From Chiloscyllium plagiosum (Eukaryota), in NCBI RefSeq assembly GCF_004010195.1, contig NC_057720.1, positions 1,252,706 through 1,315,555 on the forward strand: DNA of 62,850 nucleotides. Direction: 5' to 3'. The stretch's first letter is position 1. Each line of letters begins with the position of its first letter. This document shows, in pieces, positions 50,824 through 62,850 of this stretch. The position numbers were made by a program, and so were the translations under genes. The notes under the pieces are model-generated. The model was not told the DNA's origin, searched no databases, and saw only the letters and a program-made list of their open reading frames with translations.

Positions 50824-52418
50824 TTATAAATTCTAATAAAATCACAGCATGATATAGCACAAGAGGCCAATCATACTGTTGTGCTTGTGCTAGCTTGTTT
50901 AATCAGTCCCACTCCCTACCTCTTTCTCCACAGTCCTGCAATTTTATCTTTTCAGGTATTTTATGCAAGTTCCTTAGATGGATTCTAGATCATAACTCAC
51001 CGCATTATCCGAATCTGTGTTTGCTAATTACTAACATTCTGGTCAGTGGGAACAATTTCTCTTTATTCATCTGTGGAAACTCCCCTAAATCCTGAGAATA
51101 TTCAATCGATCATGGGACAATCAAACTGGGCCCCCCTTCCTGCCACCCTTACATGATGGATCGAACCTGTAACAAATTGTTAATTACTGACTAAACTACC
51201 TGCAATCCTGCATTTCTCATTGTTAATGTACATAGCCTGCACATCCAATGGGTAATTTAGCATGGCCAATTCACCTAACCTGTACGTCTTTGGTCTGTGG
51301 GAGGAAACCCACATTGAAAAGGGGAGAATGTGCAAACTGCACAGTCACCCAAGGGTAGAATTGAAGTGGGTCCCTGGTGCCGTGAGGCAGCAGAGCTGAC
51401 CACTGAACCACTATGCCACCCAGGACTGCAGTAGTTCAAGAAGGCAGCTCATCAATATCTTCTCAATGGCAACTAGGGATGGGCAATAAATACTGGACCA
51501 GCCAGCGACACGCCTATGCCATGGAAGAATTTAAGAAAAAGATCACACTAACTGATGCATTAGCTTGGCGAGTAAGTGACTGCAATGTGAAGTATATGTG
51601 TATTGAACCATTTGTTATCTGACGATTGCCTTGATGCTGTAGAATTAATTTGCATTTGCTTTTAACACAGTTGGAGTTTGGGAATCAGCTCTGCTTTGTT
51701 TTTCAGCACTCACTGTAAACAGACCTGAAGGGAGATGAACTTGAGAACTGACAAATCAATGTTAATTGGTTGAAATTACTTTTTAAAAGGGACTGCAAAT
51801 GTGAAAAACAACTTCTCAATAATCAAAGCCCCTCATCCCTACTCCCATTCTGGTAAACCTACTCTACCCCATTTCCAAACATCTTGAGATCCTTCTCAAA
51901 GTCTGGCCCAGAAGTGCACAAAATCCTCCTAAGGAGGCTCTAGCAGTGATTTGTACAATCTCTTGAATTCTGTACTCTCTCTTTCTAATAATAAACGAAA
52001 CAATTTCATATACTTGTTAAAGAGCTTATCCCATCACCAAAGGTTTTTTGTAGATAGAGCCCAAGTTTTCTCTGTTCCTGCAATTTCTTTAAAACTGCAT
52101 CATTCACTTTGTTGCCAAATCTATATTCAAATGATGCCTGGCGTATTCATGTTCATGTTCAGAGGGAAAAGATAAAATACACTGAATTTAGAAAAAGGTC
52201 ACTCAGAATAGCGATGAGTTATTCATTATCCTCCACCTGACATCGTTTTGTCTCACCCTATCAGCACTGCTCCCACTAAGCTGCACAGACACAGCTGCTC
52301 CAAGGGTCTACACATGGCAAATGGCTAGCCAATGCCATTCGCAACACTGACTTCCTCTTCCAGAAGTTGATGCCTATTTTGCAAAGGAGTAAAACAAGAA
52401 AATCACCATATAAATGAA

Positions 52419-53860
52419 TTATAAAGCCTGATTTGAGTTTTTGCCAGCAGGTCTCCTCTGACAAATTTCTTCAGTAAGCTCCTTTCTAAAACTCAGCATT
52501 CTCATCACATCCTTGCGCTGGAGTATTTCTTCGATGGAAAGTAACTGGACATCATCTGCCAACTGAAGGACTGATTTTCCCCGCAAGGCTTCAAACATCT
52601 CCAGCACTGCTATCGCCGAGTCTTCCGCTGTCGTGCGTGGGCCGGGGAAGATCCTGGCATTCCACAGGCTAGGGCAGAATTTCCCACTGCCGGAGAATAG
52701 ATCCTGGGAGAGCTTCAGGCCAAGGTACATGGTAGCCTCTTCAAAATTGATGCCCAGAAACTGCAGCTGGTGAATCTCCAACAGGGATGAGACCGTACAC
52801 TTGAGATTGTCTCCAGTTCCAAAGATCACGGTGGCAAAGCCCTCTGGGACGCAGAGTGTGTGCAGGAAGATGTCTGGGGGTATCATGGTATTCGCCCTGA
52901 TGCAGCAGCCACTAATAATGCTGTTGGCACCCACACAAGTGCCCTGCCCCAGCCGGGAATACTCAATTATACTACCAGGAGACACATCACAATTCGATCC
53001 TACCAGGCTCTCGATGATGCACGGAACTTGTCCGTAATCCTCAGAGCAGGACCGACCAATTCCAGTGGACCCAGACAGCAGCCCCAACTGTTTTCTCAGG
53101 GTGCTATCTGCTGTCAGGTGGTGGAGATATTCCTGGGTGGTGCCCAGGTGATAGAATTTGGAATTGTTCAACATAGCTACATTGAGTGGAGTCCCTTGGA
53201 GACGAGAGAAGATTTTCTGCCGAACTGCCACCAGTTGCTGTTTCTCCTGGCTGACATTAGCTGTATTTTTAGTGTATTCTGGCGTGGCCCGTGGCCCCAA
53301 TGCTTGCAGAAAGTCACCATATGCATCAATCTCACACCCGAGGGTGCCAATTTCTCCAAGGATCACCAGCAACTGCTTAGCTGTTTGACGGTCAAAGTAA
53401 TAGATGCTATCTGTGTAGACAAAGCCCACATCCTCAGTACCTCCGCCGCTTCTGACACAATGGTTAGCTTTGCAGATAGCTCCTGCCTTCTGCATCGTTT
53501 CCACACTGGGCTTGTGAAGGAAGCGATAGCATGCTTTATACTCCAGCTCTTTCTGTACAGCCTCCATCTGACCAAGCTCCAGCACAAAGACACCATGCGT
53601 GGTGCCAATGGACAAGGAGGAAGGATGAGCAAGGGCAGTGAAACCAGGTCTGTCAAAGCATATGGCTTCAGTGTCATCCAGACTATAAAGCTCTATGTCA
53701 TCGGCACAGCTCACCAGAACCCCAGGCTTCATGTGAATGGGAAAGTCGATATACATTGCAAGTTTGAGTTCCAACATTTGATAAACAGGGTTGCCCAGAG
53801 GAAGGGTGGTAAAAATCTTTCCCAGAGCACTGGCACTCAACAAACGCTGGCTGTAACCTC
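52419..53860 (-). CDS. FPGT: FPGT terminal coding exon (1442 nt), fucose-1-phosphate guanylyltransferase
   Basis: Acceptor ttttttcattgtag|GA GGT TAC AGC CAG. Uninterrupted frame (ORF 52419..53843) with GGYSQRL..ASALGKIFT, THGVF, FLHKPS, EIDAYGDFLQALG, FYHLGTTQEY and a beta-helix-like C-terminal part. Stop TAA ends at 52419. Confidence 0.97.
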
Positions 53861-54764
53861 CTACAATGAAAAAAAGGAAAGAATCACAGCGACGAACATG
53901 TCTTAAAAATGGATTTATGGACTACATTCACTCTCTTTTCAAATCCTGCCATAGCCACACTCTTTCCCATCTATCTCACCTCCTCCAGCTCTTACACCCC
54001 TCCCTATCTCTGTAACCTCATCCAGCCCCTACACTCCTGAATGGTCTCTAAACATCTACTATGCATTCTGAATATTTATCACATCACTAGCATCTGTGCC
54101 TTCATGGGCAGCCCTCCTTAAACCCTTCAGTTTAATACACCCGTTACCTTGCTAAGCAAGTTTTCAGTCACCAGATTCAATGCTAAATTTGAACTAAATT
54201 ACATAAATATGGGCCTTGGAACATTTCAATGCTTTTAAAACAGTAAATAAGTGCAAGTTTGTAGATCAGCGTTTGAAATATCCTTCAACATGCTCATTAT
54301 TATTTCAGTAATTTATTTTTACGCTTATTATATTGCAATTCAACCTCTGGACTGTGAATATGTTTCTTGAATAAAATACCACTATTATAATCATGGACTT
54401 CATGCTTGGAGTTTTTGTAACCAGAGTGTTCAGATTCCAAGTAATTGCCAAAAGAACTAAGCACAAAAGCTGGATAAATACTTGAAGGCAAACATTTGCA
54501 GGAGATGGAGAGACAGAAGTGGTGCAATGAGACTCATAACTCCTTTCATAGGCACAATGGGTCAAAAGGCCTTCGACAGCCCTTTAACCAGCACAACTCT
54601 CAGTACTGACACTTTGACAGTGCGGCACTCCCTCAGTCCTGATGCTGGGATGTAGAGGCACTTTCTCCATATTGCTTGAGGAGTAGCAGCTGGAAAGGAG
54701 ACTCAAGTGTCTGGACTGCAACTTGAACCCACAGCGTTCTGACTCAAGAGATGTTTGTACGATT

Positions 54765-55486
54765 TGTTATGAAGGTGTAGATGTGTACTGTACCTTTAAA
54801 AGAGTTGAAAAGCTAGCAAGGACTGACAAAGTACAGAAAGTCCTGAACAAAGTAAGACTGTAACACTCGGGAAACAAATAGCTGCAGCTGAGTTGCTATG
54901 AAACAAAAAGGCAAATTAAATTCGGCCAATCAGTTTAAATTATGCCTCAAGATACCAAAGTTCAATTAAATTTGAATTTAGTATTTTGATAATATTAAAA
55001 CCAATGGAAGGAGCCAATGTTCTGAGGTGTAAAACCGGACATTTTGAACAGTTGGAGGGAGTCACCAACAAGTACAGACTGCTAGTTGAAGAGCTCTCTG
55101 AAAGGTACTTGGTCTGTAAGAAGTTTGTGCAGCAGAACATCGAAGCTGACCTAGAGAAAAATCTACAGAGGAAAAACTACAAAGGAGAATTGACAAAGCT
55201 GATTGATTTTGAAACAATTTTTTTGTAAGTCTTAATCGGGGTTTTATCGGACTAATATTGTAGAGTGGGAGGTAAAAGATAGATTTAAGAGAAAGGAATT
55301 TCAAATAGTTGTTGGTTTTAATATTCTCTGCTGGACCTATTAGAATAAAATTGTTAATTTTTACTTTAAATAGTGACCTTTGGGATAGCTCTTTGCCTTT
55401 CGAAATTTAACAGATTACGGCGTTAGATGAAATTTCTCTGTGCAGCTGGTTTAAATTAGCAGAAGGATTTACCCAGTCTTGTAACA
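54765..55486 (+). mobile_element. Probable solo LTR (about 720 bp) in FPGT intron 3
   Basis: Ends TGTTA...TAACA (inverted). Three CCAAT motifs (about 54925-55018), TATA-like TGTAAAA at about 55028, AATAAA at about 55344. No clean TSD. Confidence 0.55.
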
Positions 55487-55712
55487 TATCCACTGAGCCA
55501 AGGCTGGCTCCTGGCTTGCAGAATAGCTTCTCTAAATAACTGGATATTTTGTAGACTTTAGAATTGCATGATCCATATCCAGGACAGTAGGCTCTCTGGG
55601 AATCCATGATTGTCAACTGAAGTACTGGTCTCTGTTCAAGTTACCTTATTTTTCCCAACACAATTTATACAATCCCCTTTTTAATCCACATAAAAAGACT
55701 TTCCGTATTTAC

Positions 55713-55805
55713 CAGCATGAATTAAAAGAATGGTGAAGTTATCCAACTTGTCTGCATAGAGTTCCTCTAATCGATGAAGAGCAAGGAGTGTAGACCCTCC
55801 GTTTC
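55713..55805 (-). CDS. FPGT: FPGT exon 3 (93 nt), (G)[30 protein letters not shown](G)
   Basis: Acceptor tttgcacag|GA AAC GGA; donor CAT GCT G|gtaaat. GNGGST motif. Confidence 0.95.
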
Positions 55806-57194
55806 CTGTGCAAAACACATACTTATAAACAACTTTCCTTCAAATAAAAACCAAATATTGCGGATGCCAAAAATCTGAAACAAATGTAGAAAATGCTGAA
55901 GTATGTAAGGCAGAATCTGTGGACAGAAAATCAGAGTTAATGGTCTGAGGCCTGAAGTTCTGTAAAGGCTCCTAGTGGGCTTGAAATGCTAACTACGTTC
56001 TTTTGAACATTTTTACATTGAGAATTAATGGTTCAGAGATTAGACAAACGTGGCATCTTGACTTTGTCTACTCTTTAATATTCCATACACTACCAAGGGA
56101 AGAATAGGCTTGATTTACAAACCTTTTCTCTGATTGGACAGTTTCATCGTCAAATTAACATGGCCACTCTTTGACAGAACTATTCCATTTATGTGAAGAA
56201 CAGAAGGTGGACATTTCACCCATCAAATGCATGCTGGCTCAGTGTAGAGCAATTCAGTTAACTGGCCTCAAAGCATATAGCTTTGCAAATTTAGTTTGTT
56301 TAAACTCCCATTCAATTTTCTTTTAAAATCATTGATTCCTTCCTCTTCCACCAGACACACTGGCACTGGGTTCCAGGCCATTACCACTTACTGCTTAAAA
56401 TCATTCCTCCCGTCACTGCGCAGCCCCTATTTGCCCATTACTTGCCCAAATCCTAAACTTGAGTTTATAATGCCTTCCCTATCCCATCTACCAAAACACA
56501 TCAGTTCACATTTCTCTGATCTACCCAATTATTCCAGCCTATGTTGTGTTGCAGGCAACTCATCCCATTCTGTGCAATGCCAAATATAAGGGAGCACAGA
56601 CCTGCCTTAGACAGGTAAAACCTAGGTTCACCTGATTGATTCCTGGCACTAGAGGGTTGGCTTAGGGGGAGAGGCTGCGTTCTCTGGAATATAGAACATT
56701 AAAAGGTGATCTCATGGAATCATTTAAGAATATGAAAGGAAATGACGAGAGGATGTTTCCACAGGCTACAGGGATCATAGATTCAGGAAAAAGTGCCATA
56801 GAAAATAGGAGTATAGTTGGACATGCGGCCATTTGTGCATGCTCTGCTCTTTGGAAGCTGTTTCAGACGGAGACGAAAAGTTATTTTCATATAGGGGTTG
56901 TGAATCAGAGAAGCATCTCAGTTGTTGGGTATTTTCAACATCTGAGATCACAGGTTTTTGGATTTTAACAAAGTCAAGGAATATGAGGGCAAAGCTGGAA
57001 AGTGGATTTAAGGTGAAGATCAGCCACCATTTTACTGTAGGCAAATGGGTTAGTCCGGATCTACCTTCTTATGTTTTTACGACCTCTCCAGCTTGTTCCT
57101 CTATGACACTGCAAATTAGTTCACTTCGAGTTTACAGGTCCAATTTCCTTTTGAATGTAACTATAGAATCTAATTCCACTTTATTTCCAGAAAG

Positions 57195-57470
57195 GACAAG
57201 CCAAACAGAGAACAGCTATGGAATTCCTAGAGGCATGGCATTCATCCACAGATTCAATCAATAAGCATATTGACCTGGACACAATATACCGACCACCGCA
57301 GCGGACAGCTGGAACTGACAACCGGAAGCGGCAGATTCAAACCACTACAAATTCCGGAGGAAAGATCACAGAAGCGCTTCACAGGAGGCTCCCAAGCACT
57401 GAGGATGTCACCTAGACAGGGGACGAAATGTCTGCAACACAAATTCCCAGCTCGGCGAACAGAACCACAA
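57195..57470 (+). mobile_element. PLE 3' end, family C, in FPGT intron 2
   Basis: Peptide QAKQRTAMEFLEAWHSSTDSINKHIDLDTIYRP resembles a PLE GIY-YIG C-terminus, followed by the hammerhead. Direct repeat CAGAAAG (57188-57194, 57471-57477). Confidence 0.72.
57396..57435 (+). ncRNA. Minimal hammerhead motif, family C
   Basis: GCA CUGAGGA U GUC-A-CC UAGACA GG-G-GAC GAAA UG UC UGC: stem I GCA/UGC, core intact, GUC triplet. Confidence 0.72.
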
Positions 57471-57949
57471 CAGAAAGTACAATTCAGATGTTAAAATGCT
57501 CTTAGGGAGGGATGTTCTACCCTGTGGTTCTTTTAGCCAATATTATTAACTTAGACATATTTGCCAAAGGAAACATTTTCTTCATGTAATCACTCCATCA
57601 TTGGCAGTCACACTTTCCCTTGCCTAGGCAGTAAACTGTGGAATTCCCTCCAATAATTTCTCCACCTCTCCTTCTTCTTTTGAAGATGCACCTTAAAACC
57701 TACCTACTTGGCCAAGTTTTTGGTTGCATGTGGTTCCATGTCACACTTTGCTTTCTAACGCTGTTCTGAAGCACTCTGGAACATTGTAATTCGTCAAGAT
57801 GCTATATAAATACAAGTTGTTGTTCCTGCTCTTTTAGGAGAGACCAAAACTGGGTGCCATGAATAAAACGGTGACTAATAAATAAATAGGAAATTCAGGA
57901 GAAATTTTTTCTTTACCCAGTCAGTGGTGAGAATGTGCAACTTTTTGCA

Positions 57950-60900
57950 TTGAATATAGGAGCTCGGAGATCATGTTGTGGCTGTACAAATCCATTGGTT
58001 GGGCCACTTTTAGAATAGTGCATTCAATTCTGGTGTCTCTGCTATAGGAAGAATGTTGTTAAAGTAGAAAGGGTTCAGAAAAGATTTACAAGGATGTTGC
58101 CAGGGTTGGAGGGTTTGAGCTATAGGGAGAGGCTGAACAGGCTGGGGCTGTTTTCCTTTGAGTGGAGTTGAGAGGTGATCTCATAGAGGTTTATAACATC
58201 ATGAGGGGCATGGATAGGGTGAATAGTCAAGGTCTTTGCCCCAGGGTAGGGGAGTCCAAAACTAGAGGGCATAGGTTTAAGGTGAGAGAGGAAAGATTTA
58301 AAAAGGACTTAAAAGGGGCAACTTTTTCACACAGAGAGTGGTTCATGTACGGAATGAACTGTCAAAGGAAGTGGTGGAGGCCAGTACAACTACAACATTT
58401 AAAAGGCATCTGGCTGGGTATATGAATAGGAGGGGTTTAGAGGGATATGGGCTAAATGCTAGTAAATCTGGTGGGCATGGACGAGTTAGACAGAAGGGTC
58501 TATTTCTATGCTGTACATGTCCATGAATCCAGTACTCTAACTCAGTACCACAGGGAAACAGTTGATGTCAATAGTTGTACTGAACAGCCTATTTTTGTGC
58601 TATAAATATTATGTAGTTCTATGGGAGAACAATCTAAGCTTCTCCAGTCTCACCACATTAAGAAAAGGCCCCCATCTAACAAATCCTCTCCAAGAACTTG
58701 AACCTTTTCTGAAAGCATAGTGCCCAGAACTTTGTACAATACACTCATTGAGGGTGAACTAGTGATTGCTAACAGTTTAACATAACACCCTTGGTCATCT
58801 TTTTGTACCGAGGTCTTACCAATTTTTGGCCCAATAGGATCAGCAAAAACATGATACTGCACACCAAGGGGAAGCTCGCTCTGCCTGAGCTTACTGCGGA
58901 TCTGACGCTCGAACACCTGCTCTTGCTTTTCATCAGCAGCTGTAATCACCACAATGTCCCAGAACTCACCAGGAGTCACCTCCTTTCCTTTGGAAAAAGG
59001 TAAATGTAAACCATCAGGGGAAAGTTACAGGGAAGCAATAACACATAGAGCAGTGATTTAGCAGTAACCTGTCAATTGCCAGAAATCAAGACAAATAAAT
59101 TAGCAACCAGGAAAGTCAATCTAACTCTCTGCATCACAGCGTTCTACAATTTCTCTCTTTAAATAACAATAAATGCTAGCCTAGCCAGTGACACCCATAT
59201 CTAAGTAATGAATGCCTTTGAATACATTACAGAATGTCTTTGGAAAATCCAAGTACACCATATTATTAGGTTCCCTTTACCCATTCTATTTGTTCCTTAG
59301 AGTCATTGAGTAATAGAGTTCTTTAATTCATGCATAGCTTGTGGACAGAGTTAGCTGGGCCAGCATTTATTGCCCATCTCTAATTGCCCAGAGAGTAATT
59401 AATAGTCAGCCACATTGCTGTGGATCTGGAGTCACAAGTAGGCTAGACCGATAAGGATGGCAGTTTCCTTCTCTACAGGACATTAGTAAATCAAGTGGGC
59501 TTTTCCAACAATCATACACTCTTAATTCAACATTTTACCGAAGTCAAATTGCACCATTACCATAACAGAAGTCAAACCCAGGTCTCTGGATTAATAGTCT
59601 AGCGCTAATACCACAAGGGCATCACCTGCCCTGTCACACAGAAAAGAGAACAGCACAGAAAAACACCCTTCTGCCCATTGAGTCTGTGCCAGTCAAAACC
59701 AAACATCTAACTATTCTAATCACATTTTACAGCACTTGGCCCATATGTCTTGGCACAGCAAATGTATATCTAAATATTTCTTAAACTTTATGAGGGTTTC
59801 TGCCACTACCAGCCTTATAGGTACCATCACAGATTCCCATCAGTCTTTGAGTGAAGAGCAGTTTCCTCACATCCCCTCTAAACCTTTACCTTAAATCTAT
59901 GTCTGGTCATTGATCCCTCCATCAAGAGGAAACGTTTCTACCTGTCTACCCTATTTATGCCCCTTATAAGTTTATACATCTCAATCATGTTCCCCCCTCA
60001 CCCTAATCTCCATTACTTCAAGGAAAAGACCCCCAGTCAATCCAATCTCTCTTTTTCACTAAAGCTCACCAGTCTAGCAAACATCCTAGTAACTATCCTC
60101 TTCAGTGCAATTACATCCCTCCTATTATGTGGATTCCAGAACCACACACAATACTCTTTCCAACTACCTTTCAGTGACCTAACCAAACTTTCACAGAGTG
60201 CCAGCATACCTTCCTGCTTTTAAACTCTATGCTTGGCTCATAAAGATAAGTCTCTCATATGCCTTCCTAACCACTTTATCCAGTGGTTACTTATCCATTA
60301 CTTTGAGAGACCGGTGGACATACATATCAATATCCCTCTGATACTCAGTCCTTCCCAGAGTCTTACCATTCATTGTGTATTCCCTTGCCTTGTTTGTCCT
60401 GCCCAAACATTACATTTATCTGGATTGACCTTGCTTAAAAATTTCTAATAAATCTGTGAACACACAATTTCTCTTTATTAAAACAATGGCTTAAAACTCA
60501 TAAAGGTGGATAGATCCTGTGGATCCTATAATTTTGCAGGAAACTAGGCAAGTAATTTTTGGGCCCCTTGCAAAGATATTTGTATCATCGACACACACAG
60601 GACATTGGTGAGGTCACTTATGGAATACTACATTCAGTTTTGATCTCCCTGCTACAGGAAAGATGTTGTGGAACCTGAAAGGGTTCAGAAAAGATTTACA
60701 AGGATGTTGCCAAGGTTGGAATGTTTGAGATATAGGGAGAGGCTGAATAAGTGAAGGTTTTTTTCCCTTGGAGCATCAGAGGCTGAGGGATGACCTTATC
60801 GAGGTCAATAAAATCATGAAGTGTATAAGTAGGGTGAATAGCCAAGATCTTTTTCTCAGGATAGGGGAATCCAAAAGTGGAGAGCACAACTTGAAGGAGA

Positions 60901-61140
60901 GAGAAAAGTTTTGAAAGGGACCTGAGAGGCAACATTTTCATGCAGAGAGTGGTGCATATATGAAACGAGCTGTCAGGGTAAGCGGTGAAGGCAGGTACAA
61001 TTACAACATTTAAAGGGCATCTGGATGGCTACAGAAATAGGAAGGGTTTAGAGGGATATGGGCCAAATGCTAGCAAATGGGAATAGATTAATTTAGGATA
61101 TCTGGTTGGCATGGACAAGTTGGATTGAAGTGTCTGTTTA
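57950..61140. mobile_element. CR1 fragments flanking FPGT exon 2: 57950-58530(+), 59640-60430(-), 60500-61140(+)
   Basis: CR1 C-terminal peptides ([24 protein letters not shown]). This span excludes the exon itself. Confidence 0.8.
58820..58987 (-). CDS. FPGT: FPGT internal exon (exon 2, 168 nt), (G)[55 protein letters not shown](G)
   Basis: Acceptor tttttccaaag|GA AAG; donor AAA ATT G|gtaaga. [10 protein letters not shown] and YHVFxDP motifs of FPGT. Confidence 0.95.
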
Positions 61141-61544
61141 TACAACCGTGTATCTGCCTGATTGTATTAGGACTTTTAGAAAATCATGTCACTATTTTCT
61201 TAATAATGGATTCTGACATTTGGTGTTATATTTGTGATTTTCCAATCTAGTGTGTCCATTCCTGAACCTAGGGAATTTGGGAAGATCACAACCAATGCAC
61301 CTGCCATCTCTGCAGACATTTATTTTAGACTTTGGGGTGGAGGCTATCATGCCCTGAGATTTGTCAACTTTCCGTTCTAATAATTTTCTTAGCTTGTTTG
61401 AATTTTCTCCCCTCTGACCAATGACTAATATTTATAGTGTTGAGTGTTTTCTCTTTCAACGTGAAACTCTCCTGAACTTTCTTTGCGAGCAATGGATGAT
61501 GTATCCTTAGTAAAGTCTTTTGTTCTCAAAAGAAAAGAACATCT

Positions 61545-62572
61545 CTTTGCTGAATTTTATGAAATCTTATTGAACCCACTAAGGAACCCAAGTATGACCT
61601 TCGCAGAGCCATTAAGACACACAAAGACCAATACCAATCCAAACTAGAGACCCAGACAGACATCCGGCAACTATGGCAAGGACTGAAAAACATCACAGAT
61701 TCGAAAAAGAGACGGTGCAAGACAGCAGACGGTGACATATCCCTCCGAGATCATGTCAACTCCTTCTATGCTCACTTTGAGCAGAGTTTCAGCGGAGAGG
61801 TAACACCAATTCCGACAAGTCCGGACGAACCTATCCCAACAGTCACAGCATCAGAGGTCAGATCAGTTTTCCTTTGTGTGAATCCAAGGAAAGCATGGGA
61901 CCAGACGGAGTACCAGGCTGTGCACTCAGAGCATGCGCAGATCAACTGGCAGAGGTCTTCTCGGATCTCTTCAACCTCTCCCTGCAGCAGGCCACTCTCC
62001 CTGCCTGTTTCCAGAGGCCAACATTATCCCTGTGCCTAAGAAGGCTCATGCAGCATGTCTGAATGACTGTCGCCCAGTGGCCCTGACTTCGGTGGGCATG
62101 AAGTGCTTTGAAAGGCTGGTCATGGCATTAATCACCTCCAGCCTCCCCACCACTCTTGACCTACTCCAATTTGCCTATCGGACCAACAGATACACGTCAG
62201 ATGCCATATCACTTGTCCTTCACTCCTCCCTAGAACATCTTGACACCGAGAACAGCTACATAAGAATCCTACCCATTGACGAGTGTTCTGCCTTCAACAC
62301 TATTATCCCCTCGAGACTGATTACTAAACTTAGTGATCTCGGACTAAACCCCACTCTCTGCAACTGGATCCTCAGTTTCCTGACCCACAGGCCACAATCA
62401 GTGAAGATTGGGGACAATATTTCATTGTCACTAACATTCAACACTGGAGCCCCCCAGGGGGGGGTACTCAGCCCCCTACTGTACTCACTGTATACCCATG
62501 ACTGTGTCACCAAACACCAGACTAACGCCATTTACAGGTTCGCTGATGACACCACCATAGTCGGTCAAATCT
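61545..62572 (+). mobile_element. Rex1/Babar LINE RT fragment
   Basis: ORF 61933..62622: CLNDCRPVALTS..MKCFERLV, LQFAYR, SAFNTIIP, TGAPQG.VLSPLLYSLYTHDC, FADDTTIVG. Confidence 0.9.
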
Positions 62573-62850
62573 CTAAATTTTTTTTACAGTTCCAGCATTG
62601 CATCCTGCATCTGTGTAGGTGAGGGGAACTATGGAGTGGGAGAGGGGCTAGTTGGAAGCAAGGAGGTAGGAGAAATTGTGAGAGGATGGAAAGGGGAGAA
62701 GAGTGGGTAGAGAAGGATGGGAGTTGTGGCAGTGGGGTGAGAGGGTAGAAGGGTAGAGATGTGACGGGATGAGGGTGTGGGGGTTAGAAGGGAATCAGGA
62801 TGGGGGTGTTCTGGGAGGGATGTGTGGAGATGCTCGGGGTAGTAGGAGTG

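Noticed and set aside
52860..53906. 348-aa plus-strand ORF
   Set aside because: Antisense shadow of the FPGT terminal exon, with no recognisable domain.
58650..58819. C-terminal extension of ORF 58650..58979
   Set aside because: Read-through into the intron past the GT donor at 58819.
59000..62850. FPGT exon 1
   Set aside because: No convincing ATG exon with a phase-1 donor found by eye. The region is mostly repeats, so exon 1 is presumed to lie beyond the window.

Overview
This is vertebrate genomic DNA, most likely a shark (inferred from the HE1-like V-SINE and CR1 repeat content). Two protein-coding genes lie in tandem on the minus strand. FPGT (fucose-1-phosphate guanylyltransferase) is present as exons 2-4 at 58987-52419; I did not find its exon 1, which is probably right of the window. 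TNNI3K (cardiac ankyrin-repeat kinase) follows as exons 1-6 at 29288-882 and continues left of the window. All nine exons have GT-AG boundaries and consistent phases. Most of the rest is nested transposable elements: CR1-type LINEs, Rex1/Babar LINEs, V-SINEs, Deu-SINE pieces, a probable solo LTR and Penelope-like elements (PLEs). There are also two minisatellites and three assembly gaps. The most striking non-genic signal is about a dozen short PLE termini from three distinct families. They are often flanked by target-site duplications (TSDs) and carry minimal type-I hammerhead ribozyme motifs. Several are fold-back insertions whose breakpoints fall on the ribozyme itself. The FPGT exon 3 to TNNI3K exon 2 read-through splice known from human is also in frame here. 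Repeat boundaries are approximate and read by eye; no database searches were run.
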